DNA of 64,000 nucleotides from an uncultured delta proteobacterium (GTDB lineage Bacteria; Myxococcota; Myxococcia; Myxococcales; Myxococcaceae): NCBI GenBank assembly GCA_963771175.1, contig CAVYSY010000001.1, positions 160,001 to 224,000 of the forward strand, read 5' to 3'. Shown piece by piece: positions 63,258 to 64,000 of this stretch (position 1 is its first letter; each line of letters starts with the position of its first letter). The notes under the pieces were generated by a model. It saw only the letters and a program-made list of their open reading frames with translations, ran no database searches and was not told where the DNA came from. The position numbers and the translations under genes were made by a program.

Positions 63258-63395
63258 GGACTCGCTGACTCGTGAGGTCCCCCTCCCACCCCCCCCTCGC
63301 GATGCCGCAACGTGACATTTGCCCGGGGAGTGGGGGAATATGGGCGCGTCAGGGCGCGGCTTGACGCGCCCAGTCGTACTTGGAGGGGAACTTCA

Positions 63396-63767
63396 ATGGA
63401 GCAGCAGGGTCAGCAGGTCAGCTCGTTCATCACAGGTTCATCGATGCCGACGCAGGATGAGAAGACGTGGGGGATGCTCTCGCATCTGAGTGGTCTGTTG
63501 CTGGCCTTCATCGGCCCGCTCATCATCTGGCAGACGAAGGGCAAGGAGTCCGCCTGGGTGGAGCGTCAGGCCATCGAGGCGCTCAACTTCCAGATCACCA
63601 TCGCCATCGCGTTCGTCGCCTCGTTCATCCTGACGTTCGTGGTGATCGGCGCCTGCCTGATGCCGCTGGTGGGGCTCGGTGCGCTGGTGCTCTCCATCCT
63701 CGCCGGCATCAAGGCCAACAACGGTGAGGTCTACCGCTACCCGGTGACCCTCCGGCTGATCAAGTAA
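63396..63767 (+). CDS. DUF4870 membrane protein
   Basis: DEKTWGMLSHL, EALNFQIT, YRYP. Confidence 0.88.
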   Translation: MEQQGQQVSSFITGSSMPTQDEKTWGMLSHLSGLLLAFIGPLIIWQTKGKESAWVERQAIEALNFQITIAIAFVASFILTFVVIGACLMPLVGLGALVLSILAGIKANNGEVYRYPVTLRLIK

Positions 63768-63793
63768 CCCCACCCGCGTAGGGTCGTCGCATC

Positions 63794-63835
63794 ACGGGCG
63801 AGGCGGGCCTCCACGAGGGGTCCGGTCCTCGCCCG
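63794..63835. terminator. Inverted repeat between convergent genes
   Basis: acgggcgagg...cctcgcccgt. Confidence 0.45.
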
Positions 63836-63850
63836 TCGTGTTTCCGGGGC

Positions 63851-64000
63851 TCAGCCGCCGATGCCCATCATGGACAGCAGCGAGGCCCCGGCGCCGGGTT
63901 CGGTGAAACGGTGGCCGTCGGGTTTCTCACCGAGGGCGTGGCGGATGGCCAGGGCCAGGTCCGTGTCCGTGGCACCGTTGCGGATGAGCGCGTGCAGCGG
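63851..64000 (-). CDS. moaA: GTP 3',8-cyclase, 3' end
   Basis: ...KPDGHRF...SMMGIGG* terminal double-glycine motif. Confidence 0.8.
   Translation of the reverse strand, partial: PLHALIRNGATDTDLALAIRHALGEKPDGHRFTEPGAGASLLSMMGIGG

Overview
High-GC window that looks myxobacterial (Myxococcales; NmpRSTU-like signalling locus next to thiC). Bases 1-30920 are one minus-strand, translationally coupled hybrid NRPS-PKS operon. Gene order: DUF5916 outer-membrane protein; FAAL-ACP-C-A-T-KS-AT-KR-ACP; KS-AT*-ACP; C-A(Asn)-T-E-C-C-A(Ala)-T-C-A(Val)-T; stand-alone TE; penicillin-acylase-family Ntn hydrolase; MbtH; type II TE, continuing off the left edge. The first module pairs an A domain lacking Asp235 with a KS whose catalytic Cys is Ser. 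That pairing matches colibactin ClbH-A2/ClbI, which build aminocyclopropane carboxylate from SAM, but here it sits in a different FAAL/acylase prodrug-style assembly line. The cluster is bounded on the right by the 3' half of a tRNA-Thr (attR-like), so it probably lies on an integrated island. Bases 31.5-53 kb are accessory genes: TetR/BVMO operon, Dyp-peroxidase/LpdA-like cluster, IS630 remnant, and a sulfur-handling locus with a zinc-finger-fused ECF sigma and two matching divergent promoter motifs. Bases 54-64 kb are core-like: nmpUTS/nmpR, USP/CBS operon, TPP riboswitch-thiC, moaA 3' end. Many single-base indels, including in thiC, suggest assembly errors, so frameshifted genes are not necessarily pseudogenes.
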